DNA of 64,000 bases from Convolutriloba macropyga (Eukaryota): assembly GCF_964194025.1 (NCBI RefSeq), contig NC_134473.1:71114001-71178000 (forward strand), read 5' to 3'. The notes beneath the pieces are model-generated. The model saw only the letters and a program-made list of their open reading frames with translations, had not been told where the DNA came from and did no database searches. Numbering within the stretch: position 1 is the first letter of the stretch; each line of letters starts with the position of its first letter. Below, in pieces: positions 59,868 through 64,000 of this stretch. The position numbers and the translations under genes were made by a program.

Positions 59868-60584
59868 TAGTCGAAACAAAAGCAAGAATTAGTAGAATTT
59901 TATGGCGAACTCAAAAAGATCAGAAAATTGTTTGCTGAAGAAACAAAAAAGAGATGAACAAGGAGATACAAAGAATTTTTGTAAGAAACTGCAGATCCAC
60001 ACGCAGACTTTGCAACCAATTTCAAATATCGTCACAATATTCTTTATTGAAAAATTCGATTAGTGCAAATTCAATTCACAAGCAAAGTGCCAGTCGCCGT
60101 TCATTTTTAAGCCAAAAACTAAAATCTACAATGTCTGCCAAAATTAGTGAACCAATTGCAGAAACTGTGAAGCTTAATAATACCCAGAAACCATGCCCAG
60201 AAAAAATAAGTTGGCATGCAAATGTAAAACAATGTTGTAATTACAATCCTGAAATTCAATTCTCAAAACTTGGTTAGTACGATTTGATGAACTGAATCTC
60301 CATCAATGTTCAAGACTGTTAAATTTTCATCTTCAAAAACCAATTAAAAATTAGTTATTTTTTCGACTACTTTTCTAAATAAGCTAAAAAAGAAGCTCAC
60401 TTTAAGCTTTTTTACTCAGGTTTTCAGTTTCATTTACTCAATTTTAACTGTGTGAGAGAGAGAGAGAGTGTGTGTGTATGTCGTTTGTAAACGTAAAAAA
60501 AATGTCGTTATATTCAGCAGACTAAAGCTTAAGCGCTTTTTCTTCAGAATTGCCGTTATGTTTAATTTTAAATGAAAGAAACTG

Positions 60585-60795
60585 TTGGTATGTTCGGTTT
60601 TTTAGTTTGCTTATGTTTGGCTTGAAACTTAAAATAACCTTTGGTATGTTTGCTTTCTTAGATTCGGTATGTTCGCTTTATTAGATTCAGTATGTTCGGT
60701 TTCAAAGGTCAGAAATCGTCAGTATGTTCGGTTTCTTAGTTTCAGTATCTTCAGTTTCAAAGATCACCAACCGTCAGTATCGTTGGTTTCTTCCT
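60585..60795. repeat. Short degenerate array of (A/G)GTATGTTCGGTTT motifs
   Basis: About 8 imperfect copies at 20-40 bp spacing. Confidence 0.65.
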
Positions 60796-61743
60796 AGAGG
60801 AATTCATGAGAAAAAGCCTTATTACTCGATTTCTCATGATCATATCAGAACTAAGTGAGTGTGATTTGATGAACTGAACCCCAATCAATGATCAACGAGT
60901 CTGTTTATTTTTTAACTTCAAAAACAAACAAAAAATGATATTTTTTCAACTAGTTTATAAATGAGCTATAAAAAGAAAATAAACTAATGCATAATTTTTT
61001 CGAAGAAATTGTCTCCAATATGTACCTTAAAAAATCTTTCGATTAAAAAATTATCATAACATTTGAATACCTTATCAACAAGAAACAAATTTGGCAGAGA
61101 AATAAATGACAATTGCTTACGTTTCAAACCGAATATAACGAATATAAGAAACTTAACATACCAAATAAGTTGATGAACGCAATGTAAGCCAATGTAGAAG
61201 TAAGCCGACATAAAAGCAAGCTGAAAGTTATGTAATAGTTATGTAATCTATCAAAAATAATCTATTGTTAAGCGTTACAATGAAGACTGTGCATGGTTTT
61301 ATTTTGTATAATGTATTCCAATGCATCAAAGAGGCAAAAATATGTCAATTTTTAGATGTCTAATGATTATTGGTATCAGCAGACCGCTGTCCATGGCCAT
61401 GCCTCTTATCCGTTTGGGATGTAATCCGGAAACGGCGGGCCGGTTATCGCGGCAAAGCCGCGATGCATGTGAAGCTAGCCCACCGGTCTGCCAGGGCAAT
61501 TTAAAATACGGGTATTCCAAAATTTTTCGGCTTAGTTAACCTCATTTTAAAACCGGCTTGCTTGCCTATTGGCTTGCTTGACCGCCACCATATAAGTTAC
61601 TGAGCATGCTGACAATTTTTTTTACGTTTGAAACCAAACATACTGGCAATTTCTTACGCGAAAAAGCAACATAACGAACATTTCTCGAGTCATTTCTGTT
61701 CGGTCTTTTGGAATAGGGGAGTGCATGCAAGGGTGTGTTGTAG

Positions 61744-61827
61744 GTGTTCTACTGCCCTGAGCCCCAGTCTCAGCTCATCCCAATCTCCAACGAGTGTGAC
61801 GGGGAAGCAGATTGCATTGGACTACAC
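61744..61827 (+). CDS. Exon encoding most of an LDL-receptor class A module
   Basis: TTGTAG| VFYCPEPQSQLIPISNECDGEADCIGLH |GTGAGC fits the F-x-C..IP....CDG..DC signature. It is phase 0/0, in frame with the signal-peptide exon. Confidence 0.8.
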
Positions 61828-62082
61828 GTGAGCATATATTTATCACATCTGTCATCCACGTGCTTCATTTGATTATATGCCACCACACTTAGAAACGAGG
61901 CCGAAAATAGTAAATATTGCGACATTCAATTTTTTACATTTTTATAATATTTTCTGCGGGAGGTCAGTGTTTTCTTTTAATGGTGACGTCTCAAGAAATA
62001 GACGTAACAAAACACAGAACTGCTCTCAATGTATCCAATTGTTTATGAGAAAATTTAAAATAAGAAAAGTTTATGTTAATTG

Positions 62083-62875
62083 AGAAAATGCAGTGATGTT
62101 TATTTTCTGTTTGGCTTATTGCTCAACAATGCAGCACTAAACAAAGTTTCCATGCCTTAACATTGAATGTAAACATCAATATAAGTATGATCAGGAGGAC
62201 TGGTGTTGATCCAGCCAGAAAAAAATGAACTTTTGGCAAACTAATCTCAAGTTCATTGTGATAGATTCATATCGAACAATAACTACATTCGACAATAGGA
62301 TGTCGAATGCAGTTTAATTGAACTGCATTCGATATAGCCTACTTCCAGTTGCTAAGATGTCCCGCGTTTGGTCATGCCTCGAGGTCCATGGACATTCTTC
62401 ATTGACCCGTCTGAATTGACCCGTCATTGACCCGTCTGAATCTATCACAATCGAACTTGAGATAAATTTGCCACAAAACCTTTTCTTTACTCCGGCTCAA
62501 CATGAGTCCTGGTCATACTTATGTTAATGTTTATATCCAATGTTCAAACATGGAAAGTTTGTCTAGTGTTTTGATCGAAAGTCTGGACATGAACGCATGA
62601 ACGCCAAATAGAAGACATGAACGCACGAAGTATTGAAAGTCTGGACATGAACGCACTGATTATGAGCGCACGAAAATTTTTCGTGCGTTGATCTTTAGAC
62701 CATCGTGCGTTCACCAGACTTTCGTGCGTTCCTCCGTGTTTCCAGATCGTGTAATTTTGAACGCACGACGCCCACCTCGTGCGTTCATTTCATTCTGGAC
62801 ATACCCGGCTTAGGTCTGGGACCTCAACCTGGGGTTGAGCAATAAGCCAAATAGAAAACACGATTGCATTCTCCA
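62083..62875. mobile_element. Foldback element with a nested small repeat element (about 62575-62806)
   Basis: TTTGGCTTATTGCTCAAC pairs with GTTGAGCAATAAGCCAAA, and ATCTCAAGTTC..TTGTGATAGATTCA with TGAATCTATCACAA..GAACTTGAGAT. The insert is built from TGAACGCAC / GTGCGTTCA motifs. Confidence 0.75.
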
Positions 62876-63071
62876 AATTCTGAATGTATGATGAGGCATA
62901 ACATTTTCACAAGCGCTGGTTTTTAATTTCATCTTGAGCTCAATACGTGGACTTGGTCATCGTTCTCGATGATATTTCCTTTCATTCCCAGCTGCTCTGT
63001 TTATCTAAGCAGAATGGAAAGAAATAACAATCATGATACAAATTTCGCATTGTTTCTTTTAAATTTTCAAT

Positions 63072-63953
63072 TTAGATTTAGACTTGCCAAGTCTTAAATC
63101 AGACTTGGATTTAGACTTGCCAAGTCTTAAATCAGACTTGGATTTAGATTTGCCAAGTCTTAGGTCAGACTTCGATTTAGATTTGCCAAGTCTTAGGTCA
63201 GACTTGGATTTAGATTTGCCAAGTCTTAGGTCAGACTAGACTTGGATTTAGACTTGCCAAGTCTTAAATCAGACTTGGATTAAGAATTGCCAAGTCTTAA
63301 ATTAGACTTGGATTTAGATTTGCCAAGTCTTAGGTCAGACTTGGATTTAGATTTGCCAAGTCTTAGGTCAGACTTGGATTTAGATTTGCCAAGTCTTAGG
63401 TCAGACTTGGATTTAGATTTGCCAAGTCTTAAATCAGACTGGGATTTAGACTTGCCAAGTCTTAAATCAGACTTGGATTGAGAATTGCCAAGTCTTAAAT
63501 CAGACTTGGATTTAGATTTGCCAAGTCTTAGGTCAGACTTGGATTTAGATTTGCCAAGTCTTAGGTCAGACTTGGATTTAGACTTGCCAGTTCTTAAATC
63601 AGACTTGGATTTAGACTTGCCAAGTCTTAAATCAGACTTGGATTAAGAATTGCCAAGTCTTAAATCAGACTTGGATTTAGATTTGCCAAGTCTTAGGTCA
63701 GACTTGGATTTAGATTTTCCAAGTCTTAGGTCAGACTTGGATTTAGATTTGCCAAGTCTTAAATCAGACTTGGATTTAGATTTGCCAAGTCTTAGGTCAG
63801 ACTTGGATTTAGATTTGCCAAATCTTAAATCAGACTTGGATTTAGACTTGCCAAGTCTTAAATCAGACTTGGATTTAGACTTGCCAAGTCTTAAATCAGA
63901 CTTGGATTTAGACTTGCCAAGTCTTATATCAGACTTGGATTTAGACTGCCAAG
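63072..63953. repeat. 33-bp minisatellite, about 26-27 copies
   Basis: Unit TTAGA(C/T)TTGCCAAGTCTTA(AA/GG)TCAGACTTGGAT. Confidence 0.97.
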
Positions 63954-64000
63954 TGTAAAAAGTGACATGATCATAGCTCTGAATCAGTATTGAAATGAGA

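Noticed and set aside
60281-60980. Two diverged ~120-bp direct repeats (about 60281 and 60863) as LTRs of a mini-element
   Set aside because: No TG..CA ends, PBS or PPT; more likely an old local duplication.
63072-63953. CRISPR-like appearance of regularly spaced palindromic repeats
   Set aside because: No unique spacers, no cas genes, and a eukaryotic context.
63287-63958. ORFs with (LPSLRSDLDLD)n resembling a leucine-rich repeat protein
   Set aside because: They are translations of a 33-bp minisatellite with non-ATG starts, broken by indels and stops, and without splice signals.

Overview
AT-rich animal (metazoan) genomic DNA with spliceosomal introns. (1) 1-~10.8 kb holds the 3' part of an apparently intact, env-bearing Ty3/Gypsy LTR retroelement. 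Its Pol (protease end, RT, RNase H, integrase) ends in a TARG1/OARD1-type ADP-ribosylhydrolase macrodomain. Between pol and env is an antisense, spliced accessory cassette encoding a JmjC 2OG/Fe(II) dioxygenase and a 74-aa single-pass membrane protein. Env is a class I, F-type fusion glycoprotein. This 'complex retrovirus'-like gene set is the most notable system in the window. (2) 13.1-44.3 kb holds 11 coding exons of transportin-1 (TNPO1). Its N-terminal exon(s) are missing from the window, so the retroelement probably lies in a TNPO1 intron. The introns are filled with two families of Helentron/DINE-1-like non-autonomous elements and a decayed CR1/L2-group LINE. (3) 46-59 kb is intergenic repeat, including a ~1 kb higher-order satellite and a ~0.92 kb tandem array. 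(4) 59.4-61.8 kb holds the first two exons (signal peptide and LDL-receptor class A module) of a secreted or membrane protein that the ORF track misses. Foldback elements, a structured GC-rich island and a 33-bp minisatellite lie in its introns. All calls are by-eye motif recognition with no database searches.
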